This document shows, one piece after another, positions 1-11,940 of a stretch of DNA of 24,000 nucleotides. Position 1 is the first letter of the stretch, and every line of letters begins with the position of its first letter. The notes beneath the pieces are model-generated. The model ran no database searches. It worked only from the letters and a program-made list of their open reading frames with translations, and was not told where the DNA came from. Both the position numbers and the translations under genes were made by a program. This stretch comes from Luteibacter sp. (lineage in GTDB: Bacteria; Pseudomonadota; Gammaproteobacteria; Xanthomonadales; Rhodanobacteraceae), in contig NZ_WNDO01000020.1 of the NCBI RefSeq assembly GCF_009912395.1, positions 83,255-107,254 of the forward strand, given 5' to 3'.

Positions 1-1
1 G

Positions 2-373
2 GCCCGCTTGCGTCTTCGCCCGATCCTGATGACCTCGCTGGCCTTCATCCTCGGCGTGCTCCCGCTCGCGATCTCCACCGGTGCCGGCGCGAACTCCCGC
101 CACGCGATCGGTACGGGCGTGATCGGCGGCATGATGTTCGCCACGTTCCTCGGTCTGCTGCTGATCCCCGTGTTCTACGTGGTGGTTCGCCGCATGCTGG
201 GCGACAAGCTGGACGAGGTGTCGCACAAGATGCCGCACCACGGCGATGACGGCCACGATCCGCACGGCGGCGGCAACGCCCCCGGCCCGGTGAACACGGG
301 TCCGCATGCGCCGAACGTCGGCGACGTGAGGGCCTTCGATTCGGACCCCCGACGGGGCACCGACCGGCCGTAA
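2..373 (+). CDS. RND (AcrB/MexB-type) multidrug efflux permease, C-terminal fragment; the gene starts upstream of the window
   Basis: Translation [61 protein letters not shown] matches the conserved last TM helices of HAE1 RND pumps. The frame is open to the window edge. TAA stop at 371-373. It ends in an unusual His/Gly/Pro-rich tail of about 55 aa. Confidence 0.9.
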   Translation, partial: ARLRLRPILMTSLAFILGVLPLAISTGAGANSRHAIGTGVIGGMMFATFLGLLLIPVFYVVVRRMLGDKLDEVSHKMPHHGDDGHDPHGGGNAPGPVNTGPHAPNVGDVRAFDSDPRRGTDRP

Positions 374-381
374 GTGACACG

Positions 382-411
382 AAAAAGCCCGGCGAAAGCC
401 GGGCTTTTTTT
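382..411 (+). terminator. Rho-independent terminator downstream of the RND gene
   Basis: Stem AGCCCGGC (386-393), loop GAAA, stem GCCGGGCT (398-405), followed by a T run to 411. Confidence 0.8.
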
Positions 412-440
412 ATCGACGTCGGATGCTGCCGCCTCGTTGT

Positions 441-523
441 TGTAGGAGCGCGCTTGCGCGCGATCCCGCGATAGCGGGCCAAGTTGCCGCTGCCGCTGGA
501 TCGCGCGCAAGCGCGCTCCTACA
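441..523. repeat. REP-type inverted doublet (REPIN-like): two perfect 26-bp inverted copies separated by 31 bp
   Basis: TGTAGGAGCGCGCTTGCGCGCGATCC at 441-466 is the exact reverse complement of 498-523. Each copy holds an internal GCGCGC-TT-GCGCGC hairpin. It resembles the GTAGGAGCG..GC..CGCGA REP families of pseudomonads and xanthomonads. Confidence 0.75.
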
Positions 524-526
524 GGC

Positions 527-556
527 CACAAAAAAGCCCCGGCAAAACCGGGGCTT
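527..556 (-). terminator. Rho-independent terminator of the acyl-CoA dehydrogenase gene (minus strand)
   Basis: Stem AGCCCCGG (535-542), loop CAAAA, stem CCGGGGCT (548-555). On the minus strand the stem is followed by TTTTTTGT (the A run at 528-534 on plus). Confidence 0.75.
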
Positions 557-579
557 CGATGTCCACCGACAAGCGCCGC

Positions 580-1740
580 TTAGCGCAGGCCGGTTTCCGC
601 GCGTGCGATCACGAGGCGCTGGATCTCGCTCGTGCCTTCGTAGATCTCGGTGATCTTCGCATCGCGGAAGTAACGCTCCAGCGGCATTTCCTTCGAGTAG
701 CCCATGCCGCCGTGGATCTGCACCGCCTGGTGGGTGATCCACATCGCGGCTTCCGAGGCCACCAGCTTCACCATCGAGGCCTCGGTACCGAAGCGACCGC
801 CGGTCTTCTCGACCTGGCCCTTGGTCCATGCCGCACGCAGCGTCAGCAGCAGGGCTGCGTCGAGCTTGCACTTCATGTCGGCGATCTTCGCCTGGGTCAT
901 CTGGAAGGTACCGATCGGCGAGCCGAAGGCCTTGCGATCGCGCGACCACTGCAAGGTGGCCTCATAGGCAGCGCGTGCGATGCCCACCGCCTGCGACGCG
1001 ATGCCGATGCGGCCGGCGTCCAGCACGCCCATGGCGATGGAGAAGCCCTTGCCTTCCTGGCCCAGCAGGTCTTCCTTCGGGCAGATGTAGTCGTGGAATT
1101 CGATTTCGCAGGTGGCCGAGGCGCGGATGCCCAGCTTCGGCTCGGTCTTGCCGGCCAGGAAGCCCGGACGCTGCGTGTCGATGACGAAGGCCGAGACGCC
1201 CTTGGCGCCGATGCCGGGCGTGGTCACGGCGAACAGTACGATGTAGCGCGCCACCGGACCCGAGGTGATCCAGCTCTTCTTGCCGTTGATGACCCAATCG
1301 CCGTCGGCGTTCTTCACCGCGCGGGTGTGCATGTTCGACGCGTCGGAGCCCGACTGCGGCTCGGTCAGCGCATAGGCGCCGATGGCCTCGCCCGACGAGA
1401 TGGCGCGCACGTACTTCTGCTTCTGCTCTTCGGTGCCGTTCTTCAGGATGCCGTTGCAGAACAGCGAATTGTTCACCGACATGATGGTCGAGGTGGCGGC
1501 ATCGGCCGCGGCGATCTCCACCATGGCCAGCACGTAGGCCACCGGGTCCATGCCGGCACCGCCGTATTCCTCCGGCACTTCGATACCCATCAGGCCCAGC
1601 TGGCCCATCTCCCGGATGTTGTCCAGCGGGAACTCGCCCTTGGCGTCCAGCTCGGCGGCCACGGGGGCGATGCGCTTCTGGGCGAAATCACGAGCGATGG
1701 ACTGGATCGACAGTTGGTCGTCGGTAAAGCGGAAATCCAT
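580..1740 (-). CDS. Acyl-CoA dehydrogenase (short/medium-chain type), 386 aa
   Basis: MDFRFTDDQL...YALTEPQSGSDA...WITSG...IHGGMGYSKEMPLERYFRDAKITEIYEGTSEIQRLVIAR are typical ACAD motifs, including the catalytic Glu in YEGTSEIQ. Start chosen at ATG 1740, preceded by GGAGTA. The ORF-track start at 1773 adds 11 non-conserved aa. Confidence 0.93.
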   Translation of the reverse strand: MDFRFTDDQLSIQSIARDFAQKRIAPVAAELDAKGEFPLDNIREMGQLGLMGIEVPEEYGGAGMDPVAYVLAMVEIAAADAATSTIMSVNNSLFCNGILKNGTEEQKQKYVRAISSGEAIGAYALTEPQSGSDASNMHTRAVKNADGDWVINGKKSWITSGPVARYIVLFAVTTPGIGAKGVSAFVIDTQRPGFLAGKTEPKLGIRASATCEIEFHDYICPKEDLLGQEGKGFSIAMGVLDAGRIGIASQAVGIARAAYEATLQWSRDRKAFGSPIGTFQMTQAKIADMKCKLDAALLLTLRAAWTKGQVEKTGGRFGTEASMVKLVASEAAMWITHQAVQIHGGMGYSKEMPLERYFRDAKITEIYEGTSEIQRLVIARAETGLR

Positions 1741-1912
1741 GGGTACTCCTAGCGCCGGCCCGCAGGGCGGCAAAGTCTTTGGGGTAGAGACAAGCCCGCC
1801 ATTCTAACGGTCGTTTGAGTCCTTGCCGCGCCGCAGCGCAACATGCGGCCTTGACGCTACGCCGGGCCGGCCTCATCCTTATGTATCCCTGTATCGCGAT
1901 GAAAGGATGAAG

Positions 1913-2839
1913 ATGGACCTGTCAACGGCCTCGACCGTGCTGCGCCTGTTGGCGGATCCCACCCGCGTCCGCCTGCTGGCCCTGCTCGACCGCGAGGAGT
2001 TGACCGTGGCCGAATTGGCCGCCGTGCTCCATCTCGCCCAGCCGCGCGTATCCACCCACTTGGCCAAGCTGAAGGAAGCGGACCTGGTCCGCGACCGCCG
2101 CGCAGGTGTGTCCGCCTATTATCGTGCCAACGGCGAAGCCGATCCCACCCTTGCCGCGCTCGTGGCCTCGCTGCGCGACACGCTCAGCGACGCCTTGCTC
2201 CGCGAGGACGCCGAACGCCTGCCCGCCGTACTCGCACAGCGTGCGCGTAGCGAGGGCTGGGCCGATACGGTGGCCGGCGACATGGAGCGCCATTATTCAC
2301 CCGGTCGCACCTGGGAAACCCTGGGCCGCGCCCTGCTCCAGTTGCTGGAGACCGGCGACGTGCTCGACATCGCCTCGGGCGATGGCGTCACCGCCGAGCT
2401 GCTCGCACCGCACGCCCACTCCATCGTCTGCATCGACAGCTCCGATCGCGTGGTCGAGGCCGCACGCCAGCGCCTTGCGCATTTCCCCAACGTGGAGGTG
2501 CGAATTGGCGACATGCATGCCCTCGATGTCGGCACGAAGCGATTCGATCTCGTGCTGCTGATGCATGCGCTCACCTATGCGGAGCATCCGGACGAGGTGT
2601 TCCGCCAGGTCGCCGGCGTGCTCAAGCCGGGCGGTCGCGTGCTCGCGGTGACGCTGGGCGAGCATGACCATCGCGCCGTGGTGGAACCCTTCGATCACCG
2701 CAACCTCGGCTTCAACCCCAAGGCGCTGTCCAGCCTGGCCAGCAACGCCGGCCTCGACGTGGTCAGCTGCGAACGCCTCAGCCGCGAACGCCGCGCGCCG
2801 CATTTCGAGGTCATCAGCCTGCTCGCCCGTAAAGCCTGA
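1913..2839 (+). CDS. sahR: ArsR-family winged-HTH fused to a SAM-methyltransferase-like domain (SahR-type regulator of methionine/SAM-cycle genes)
   Basis: N-terminus [48 protein letters not shown] is an ArsR/SmtB HTH. C-terminus carries MTase motif [11 protein letters not shown] and LKPGGRVL. It lies directly upstream of metH with a 14-bp gap. Start 1913 is preceded by AAGGA; ATG 1907 is an alternative. Confidence 0.8.
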   Translation: MDLSTASTVLRLLADPTRVRLLALLDREELTVAELAAVLHLAQPRVSTHLAKLKEADLVRDRRAGVSAYYRANGEADPTLAALVASLRDTLSDALLREDAERLPAVLAQRARSEGWADTVAGDMERHYSPGRTWETLGRALLQLLETGDVLDIASGDGVTAELLAPHAHSIVCIDSSDRVVEAARQRLAHFPNVEVRIGDMHALDVGTKRFDLVLLMHALTYAEHPDEVFRQVAGVLKPGGRVLAVTLGEHDHRAVVEPFDHRNLGFNPKALSSLASNAGLDVVSCERLSRERRAPHFEVISLLARKA

Positions 2840-2853
2840 CCCGGAGCGATTCC

Positions 2854-3926
2854 ATGAGCACCCTGCCCTGGCTCCATCCCGATCGCGTGGCCCTCATCGA
2901 GAAGGGCCTGTCCGAGCGAATCATGATCCTCGACGGCGGCATGGGCACCATGCTGCAAGGACACCGACTGGACGAAGCCGGCTATCGCGGTGACCGCTTC
3001 GCCGGCGGTCACGACAGCCTGCACGATCACGACCATCCGGGTGAGTGCAACCTCAAGGGCAACAACGACCTGCTGCTGATCACCCAGCCGGACATCATCC
3101 GCGGTGTGCACGAGGCCTACCTGGAAGCGGGGGCCGACTTCATCGAGACGAACACCTTCAACGCCACGCGCGTCAGCCAGGCCGATTACCACCTGGAACA
3201 CCTAGTGCCGGAGCTGAATCGCGACGGCGCGCGCATCGCCCGCGAGGCCTGCGACGCGATGACGGCAAAAACGCCGGATCGCCCGCGCTTCGTCATCGGC
3301 GTGCTCGGTCCGACCAGCCGCACGGCATCGATCTCGCCCGACGTGAACGATCCTGGCTTCCGCAACATCGACTTCGAAACGCTGAAGGCCAACTACATCG
3401 AATCGGCCCGCGCCCTGATCGAGGGTGGCGCGGATACGATCATGGTCGAGACCATCTTCGACACGCTCAACGCCAAGGCCGCGCTGTTCGCGCTGTCCGA
3501 ACTGTTCGACGAACTCGGTGCACGCGTGCCGGTGATGATCTCCGGCACCATCACCGATCGCTCCGGCCGTACGCTATCGGGACAGACAGCTGAAGCGTTC
3601 TTCTACTCGGTGGAACACATCCGCCCGCTGTCCGTGGGACTGAATTGCGCGCTCGGCGCGGAAGACCTTCGTCCCCACGTGCAGATGCTGGCCCGCATCG
3701 CGAACGCGGCGGTAAGCACCCACCCCAACGCCGGCCTGCCCAACGCCTTCGGCGAATACGACGAAACACCCGAAAGCATGGCCTCGACGATCCGCGATTT
3801 CGCCGCCAGCGGCCTGATCAACATCGTTGGTGGCTGTTGTGGCACCACGCCCGCCCATATCGCGGCTATCGCCGCGGCCGTGGCGCCCTATCCGCCGCGC
3901 GTCCGCCAGGCCACCGACCAAGCCGC

Positions 3927-3930
<4 letters not shown>
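2854..3930 (+). CDS. metH: Methionine synthase, homocysteine S-methyltransferase domain protein (split MetH, part 1), 358 aa
   Basis: [18 protein letters not shown], and the Zn-ligand cysteines in GLNCALG and [15 protein letters not shown] lies 7 nt upstream of the ATG. The TGA stop overlaps the next start (ATGA at 3927-3930). Confidence 0.92.
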
Positions 3931-6620
<2,690 letters not shown>

Positions 6621-6953
6621 TCAGTTGTCTTCCGGACCGCCGGGCTTAACCGTTTCCGCCGTGTCCTTGTGCTTCAGGTGCGCGAACACGTTGTAGAACG
6701 ACACCAGCATCGGGAAGGCCGTCTGGATGATGCCCACCGAATCGTTCTTGCCCCAGATGAAGTAGGCCAGGGTCAGGATGCTGCCGCTGGCCGACAGGTA
6801 CCAGAACGCCATCGGCACGGTGACCTTCTTGTTCTTCTTGGTCGCGTAGAACTGGACAAACCAGCGCGCGGTGAAGAGCAACGTGCCCAGCAGGCCGATG
6901 ATCTTCCAGGGGGTGATGGTCAGCAGGTGGAGATCGGCGAGAGCGTCGTGCAT
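6621..6953 (-). CDS. Lipid-A-biosynthesis N-terminal domain (LabN/PF07578-like) small membrane protein
   Basis: WKIIGLLGTLLFTARWFVQFYATKKNKKVTVPMAFWYLSASGSILTLAYFIWGKNDSVGIIQ fits the LAB_N pattern. Its stop codon directly abuts the metH stop (TGA|TCA at 6618-6623). Start 6953 is preferred because the terminator at 7034-7064 and a TACAAT hexamer (6981-6986, minus) lie upstream. The alternative start is 7028. Confidence 0.72.
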   Translation of the reverse strand: MHDALADLHLLTITPWKIIGLLGTLLFTARWFVQFYATKKNKKVTVPMAFWYLSASGSILTLAYFIWGKNDSVGIIQTAFPMLVSFYNVFAHLKHKDTAETVKPGGPEDN

Positions 6954-7033
6954 GGCGGTATCCGTCGTCGTAACCGGCGCATTGTAAGCACCGGAGCTGG
7001 CTGGAGGCTTAGCGGTGCCCGATGGCATGTGGG

Positions 7034-7064
7034 CAAAAGAAAACCCGGCACGGGGCCGGGTTTT
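7034..7064 (-). terminator. Rho-independent terminator after tRNA-Val (hairpin is bidirectional in form)
   Basis: CCCGGC (7044-7049), loop ACGGG, GCCGGG (7055-7060), extended by A/T pairs. The minus-strand transcript ends in TTTTCTTTT. Confidence 0.65.
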
Positions 7065-7074
7065 CGAAATTCGA

Positions 7075-7149
7075 TGGTGGGCGGTACAAGGATCGAACTT
7101 GTGACACCTGCCGTGTGAAGGCAGTGCTCTACCGCTGAGCTAACCGCCC
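7075..7149 (-). tRNA. tRNA-Val (anticodon CAC), 75 nt with encoded CCA
   Basis: The reverse complement GGGCGGTTAGCTCAGCGGTAGAGCACTGCCTTCACACGGCAGGTGTCACAAGTTCGATCCTTGTACCGCCCACCA folds by hand into a full cloverleaf. Acceptor GGGCGGT/ACCGCCC, D stem GCTC/GAGC, anticodon stem CTGCC/GGCAG with loop TTCACAC, T stem ACAAG/CTTGT with loop TTCGATC. Confidence 0.93.
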
Positions 7150-7161
7150 ATCGAGCGCGCC

Positions 7162-7190
7162 ATTGTACGTAGATGACAAGGGGGGGTCAA
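7162..7190 (-). promoter_or_regulatory. Sigma70-type promoter of tRNA-Val: TTGACC-17 bp-TACAAT
   Basis: On the minus strand the -35 TTGACC is at 7190-7185, the spacer is 17 bp, and the -10 TACAAT is at 7167-7162. A GC-rich discriminator GGCGCGC follows, and the mature tRNA 5' end lies 12 nt after the -10. Confidence 0.65.
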
Positions 7191-7197
7191 TACTTTC

Positions 7198-7797
7198 TCA
7201 GCTGGCCGTGCAGACCGCGCTGACGGCCAACTTGGTGCTCGCGACCGACCCAGAGACACCCAACGCGATCCTGGCCCCGGGAACATCCGACGTATTCACG
7301 CCGTTGCCCGTCTTGGTGCCGGCCAACCGGGCGCAGGCGACCATGTTCATCGCCGTACGCGTGCCATTGGGAACAGGCAGCCCCGTCTGACCGAACGTGA
7401 CAATGTTGCCATCGGTGGCCTGGACGGACACGTTGGTCTGTGCCGGCCCTACCCGCAACAAGACCATGCCCGCTGTGGAGGCGTTGTAGGCCTGGTTGGC
7501 CCCCGACGCCGAGGCGTTATACGCATAGACGATGTACCCGGCGTCATAGTTCACGCCACTGGTATCGCAGGACGTACCGGTCGAGCTACGGCAGATCGAG
7601 ACGAACTGATGCCTGTTCGCCGCCTCGGCCCTCGCGAACTGCATATCGCCGATGATGCTGTTCACCACGCTGCTCACGTAACTCTTTCGCGTGACGGTGC
7701 GCAGCGTCGGAACGGCGATGGCCAACAGCACCGCGATCACCACGATGACGACCATGAGCTCCAGCAGCGTGAAACCACGGTGCAGCCGGCCTTTCAT
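7198..7797 (-). CDS. fimT: GspH/FimT-family type IV minor pilin (pseudopilin-like)
   Basis: Prepilin leader MKGRLHRG|FTLLELMVVIVVIAVLLAIAVP, followed by a GspH-like body (DMQFARAEA). The ATG at 7797 overlaps the pilE stop by 1 nt (TGATG). The alternative ATG is at 7806. Confidence 0.8.
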   Translation of the reverse strand: MKGRLHRGFTLLELMVVIVVIAVLLAIAVPTLRTVTRKSYVSSVVNSIIGDMQFARAEAANRHQFVSICRSSTGTSCDTSGVNYDAGYIVYAYNASASGANQAYNASTAGMVLLRVGPAQTNVSVQATDGNIVTFGQTGLPVPNGTRTAMNMVACARLAGTKTGNGVNTSDVPGARIALGVSGSVASTKLAVSAVCTAS

Positions 7798-8222
7798 CAC
7801 CAGCACCGTCCGTTGGACGTCGTACCGGACTGGGATTTCACGCCGATCGAATCCAGTGTGAGGTTGCCGCAGACGTCGGATTTCTGGGCGAGCAGCGGCG
7901 CAGCGGTGAGCACGTAGCCCGTGGAGAGCGAACCGCCTGTCGGCGCCGCAATACTCACCTGGTAGTAGCCGTTCACGCTAGTGTCACTGGCGAATTTGAG
8001 ATCCGTGGTCATGCTCGCGGCGTATTTGTTATACGTAGCGTAGTAGCGCTCCTGCGCCGTCGCCGTGCGCAACAGCAGCTCCTGCCCCTCGCCTCGGCGC
8101 GCGCGGTACGTATAGCGCGTGTACTGGGGATAGGCGATGACGACAAGCACGGCGGCGACCGCCACGACGATCATCAACTCGATCAGGGTGAAACCAAGGA
8201 TTCGAGGTCCGAATCGACGCAT
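7797..8222 (-). CDS. pilE: Type IV pilus minor pilin PilE-like
   Basis: MRRFGPRILG|FTLIELMIVVAVAAVLVVIAYPQYTRYTYRARRGEGQELL...AQERYY is the PilE-type signature. A GGAG lies 10 nt upstream of ATG 8222. ATG 8249 would overlap the pilY1 end. Confidence 0.85.
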   Translation of the reverse strand: MRRFGPRILGFTLIELMIVVAVAAVLVVIAYPQYTRYTYRARRGEGQELLLRTATAQERYYATYNKYAASMTTDLKFASDTSVNGYYQVSIAAPTGGSLSTGYVLTAAPLLAQKSDVCGNLTLDSIGVKSQSGTTSNGRCW

Positions 8223-8238
8223 GCGATGGTTGCTCCGA

Positions 8239-11200
8239 TCAGTAAGCATTGTTCAGCTCCCGCCACGAACGCCGGCGCCAGATGGCGTCACCGATGTTGA
8301 AGGTGCCCGCCGGATTGCCGCTGCTGTCTGTGATGGTAAGGCCCGGCAACGCGATCTTACCGCCACCGACTGCCGTGGCCGCGGGCAATGCGCCGGTCAC
8401 CGGGACATTGCTCACTCGTACGCCCGCCTGCGTGAAACCTGCGCCCAGGTTGGCGGAACCCACGTTCACGCCACTGGCCGCTCCGCCGGTACCCGCATCG
8501 ACCACCATGATCGCTCCCTTGCGGACGGGTGCACAGGGGTCGGTGCTGCCCGGGATAAGCGACGTGATGATGGCGCGACCGCTGTCGAACAGAGCCGTGG
8601 CGTCGACGACCACCCGCTCTCCCTTGTTGGTCTGGCTACCTGGCGAGCCGGTGAACAGCGTGAAATACCAGCCGCCGATGCGGTTTCCGTTAGTGTCTGT
8701 AGCCGGCACAGGGTTATTCGTCAGGCCACGCACATTGTTGCTCTCGGTCAATGTCTGCGCCACCAGGGGCGTCGAGCCTTCGATGACCGGGGATGTGCTT
8801 CCAGGCCCACCGTCGCGAATACCGTAGACGTACTGCGTGCCGGCGCTGTTGTCCGCCGTGTTGTCGCTACCCCCCAGGTACTTGCCGGTACCGAAGATCA
8901 CCATGAAATAAGACGATGTCGGATTGGCGAACAGGCGAGGCATCACCGTGATCGGACGCCCTCCCTGATTGGACGAGTAGAACGCCAGCGACACGCTCCA
9001 CTTCGATGAATCGCTGTTGGAAAGATCGAAGCGCCACAGGTTGCCGCGGAGATCGCCTGCGAATGCCACATCGTCGATCTGGTCGTTGTCATAGTCGCCA
9101 AGCACGGGCGACGACAGACCGTAGCTGATGATTTTCCCGGACACGCCCGAAACACTCGTCGGTGTGACCAGCTCCCGGATCACGGCGCCGGTCTGTGCGT
9201 CAAGGACGAACAACGAACTTTGAGTACGGGTGGAAGCCGGATCGTTCGCGTACGTCGAATAAGGTGCCGCGCCCGTCGCCTGGGGAAAGTAACCAGACGG
9301 CACGAGGACAACCCACTTGCCGTTCGCCAGGCGACCAATGTTGGGCTTGCCATAGGTGTAACCCAGGTTCGCACCCACGGTAGCGCCGGTCGAATCGGTA
9401 CTGGTATTCGTGAACTCCCAAAGCACCTTGGCGCCGGCGTTGGCCTCGCTCGCCGAGGCATCCGTGATGTCCAGCGCATAGATACCGCGCCCTCCCAGGC
9501 GAAGGCCACCTACCAGAATGGAGTGCCAGCCCTGGTTGCTGCCCGTACTGAAGAACACATCCCTGACCACGGGTGTGGCGTCTACGGTCGGAACGAAAGT
9601 GAAGTCGGAACGCGGAGTCAGGTAGTTCAGTTTGTCGTACACGCTAAACGGGACATAGGCCCAACGCTCCGCACCGGGCGACGGCGTGACGTCGACAGAA
9701 TCCGCCGATGTGGCGCTGGTCGTGGCATCGAAGGCGTGCAACATACCGTCGTTGGCGCCTACGTAGATCGTGGGTGCCCGTTTGGCATGATCGGAGACGA
9801 ACTTCTCATAGCTGTACTTGAGAGCGGTACCGTCTGCCGTCAGCGTCGCTTCGGGCGATCCGGTCGGGAAGGTATCGGTATATCCACTGGCCGGATAAGC
9901 GACGTAGACCGACTGCGAATTGATGATCGCACCCAGCGTGGAGGTACGGCGACGGAACGTGGTGCCTTCCTTGCTGGCATCGCCTCGCAGGTAGGCAACC
10001 TTGTTGGCTCCGCTGCTGGCGCTGTTGAAACTCGCATCGACCCCGTTCATCGCGGTGGAGATGTTCGTCCAGCGGAAGGCCGTGCCATTCCCCGCATCCG
10101 GCGCCGTGCTGGTAAGGATCACGCGCGTGTCCGTGCCCTTGGCGCGCGAGGTCAGCAGATCGCCCGCACTCCACAGCTGGCGCCCGATGGTTCCGTCGGC
10201 GCCAACCAGGTTGGCCACCAGCGAACCGCTCCAGTTGGAACTGTCGAAGCCCGTCTGGTAGGTCACGCCCGCACCCGTCAGCACGGAGCTGCTCAACGCA
10301 CCCGCCACCGCGGACGTGCTACGGGAAATGATGCGTGCCAGCAATTGGTTCAGGGCGTTGCCGAGCGCGGCCGGATCGCGGGCGCTGAAGTACTGGCCAC
10401 GACTATTGATCGCGGAATGCCACGTGTCGTCGATGTCCGTCAGGTCACCGTTGCCGCTACCCGTCGGCTGCGGCCAGGACACCGTACCGGCGCGAAGACC
10501 GGCATAGTCACCGGGAAAATTGAGTGCACCGTCGATGCCCAGCGCAATCATGAACTGCACGACGTGCGGCCAGCTCGCCGAGTCGTTCTTGGGATTGAAG
10601 TACAGCGAGGCCGGAGGTGTGCCCGTGCCGTCCCAGTTGACCGTATTGCCATTGGCATCGGTGTAATCCACGTACGAGGTCGGCACGCCCAGCTTGGGCT
10701 TCGTACCGTTCACGAAGTCGGGACGCAGGTTCGTCGCCCAGTAATGAAAAGCAATATCGGACAGGGTCGAGTACGACGTGTTCGGAACATTCGCGTAAAC
10801 GGCGGACAACGGATCCGAACTGCTGCCTGAGTAACTCACGCCATCAGGAAGGGTGAGCGCCATCCGCGTATTGAGCAGTTTCTTCTTGGTAGTAGCGTCC
10901 AGATCGCTGCCATTCCAGTAGCCGTCGGTCACGAGCAGGCTGTAGTTCAATCGACAGGTCAGCTCCATACCCGAGGACGTGGGGCCGATATTCGGCTCCC
11001 AGTAGGGATTGGTATTGTTGGTGACGCCGCTTCCATAGCCGAAGAGGTCACCCGCGCGATTGATCGCGACTCGGGTCGGCGTGCCGCCACTCGCCTTGAC
11101 CTGGTAAAGCCAGGTGAAGAAGTTGGTGCGGGCATCCCCCGTGAAGGCATCGAATGTGGTCTTACCCCTGCCGAGAACGTAATTTCCATCATTGAGGTTC

Positions 11201-11936
11201 TGGTAGACGACGCGAATGTTCGTACCGAGGCTACCGAACACATTGGCGATAGCCGAACGCGTCATCAGGTTGCGGGTACGATAGTACGAGTACCAGTTGG
11301 CGAAGTTCTGCTGGACGGTGCTCGACGCACTGTTGATATAGGTAACGCTGCATCTCGAGTCGCTACCGACGGAGGGACAGGTCCAGTAGAACCCGCCGCC
11401 ATTGGAATAGCCTGAGGCGTAATCGGAGATACTGAAAACACCGCCGCTGGTCGGTGCACGTCCCGATGTGGTGTTCGTACCGAAGCGATAGGTGAACGAT
11501 TGCGAAAGGTCGATCGTGCCACCACAGTTGGCCGCGTTGCTTCCCGGTTTGTTCGCGCAGACGCCGTCGTACCAGGCGCCCGTATAAGATGCGTTCTTGA
11601 ACCGCGAGAGGCCATCGGCCGACACGGGTGGCGTGTACGTAATCGCTGGATTGTAGTAAACGAAATTCGTCGTCGACGAATAGTAAAACCGCGAATCCTG
11701 GTCGTCATCCAGCGTATCCGGCAGTCCCGTCGAACCCATCGAACCCGAATCATCGAAGGTCACCGCGATATTGGGCGACACGGCTACCGTGAGATCCGGG
11801 GGGCCGTGCTCAGGTCGGTGGTGTAGTACACCGTGGCCGTCTGCGCACTCGTCGGCGCCGTCGAACCACCGAGCAAGCCGAGCGCCAGGGCCGTCAGCCC
11901 CATGCCGATGCGCGAATACTTGACCAGAAGCTTCAT
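8239..11936 (-). pseudogene. pilY1: PilY1 (type IV pilus tip adhesin / biogenesis factor), reading frame broken by a frameshift in a G6 run at 11798-11803
   Basis: ATG 11936 opens a 50-codon ORF, MKLLVKYSRIGMGLTALALGLLGGSTAPTSAQTATVYYTTDLSTAPRISR*, which is the signal peptide and stops at 11784-11786. The 1180-codon body (8239-11781) is in the -1 frame. It carries a vWA/MIDAS-like motif TFDDSGSMG and the C-terminal PilY1 propeller with the Asp-rich loop GDYDNDQIDDVAFAGDLRGNLWRFDL. One extra C (minus strand) would join them as ...DLSTAPPDLTVAVSPNIAVTFDDSGSM... Confidence 0.85.
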
Positions 11937-11940
11937 GGGT

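Noticed and set aside
484-1752. 422-aa ORF on the plus strand, antisense to the acyl-CoA dehydrogenase. Similar long antisense or shadow ORFs occur at 3888-5612(-), 8137-9009(+), 9220-10830(+), 12167-13228(-), 12916-13641(+), 17177-17803(-), 18091-18873(+) and 19762-20889(+).
   Set aside because: These are typical GC-rich shadow frames. They are Arg/Gly/Ala/His-rich and low in complexity, carry no recognisable motifs, and fully overlap genes that have strong family signatures on the other strand or frame.
1851-1884. TTGACG ... TTATGT as the sahR-metH promoter.
   Set aside because: The spacer to the TA-rich hexamer is 22 bp, and the hexamer at the proper 17-bp spacing is CATCCT, which is poor. 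This is too uncertain to list as a feature and is mentioned only in the finding.
3645-3926. N-terminal extension of the large metH ORF (ORF-track start at 3645).
   Set aside because: The extension is Arg/Pro-rich nonsense that overlaps the 3' end of the homocysteine-domain gene. The conserved MetH sequence starts at [13 protein letters not shown] (ATG 3927), which overlaps the upstream stop as ATGA.
11790-11810. Programmed -1 ribosomal frameshifting or transcriptional slippage as the normal way to express pilY1.
   Set aside because: There is no canonical X XXY YYZ slippery heptamer in the zero frame (the context is GCC CCC CGG). No obvious downstream pseudoknot is seen, and C6 is short for efficient RNA polymerase slippage. 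It is kept only as a remote alternative in the finding.
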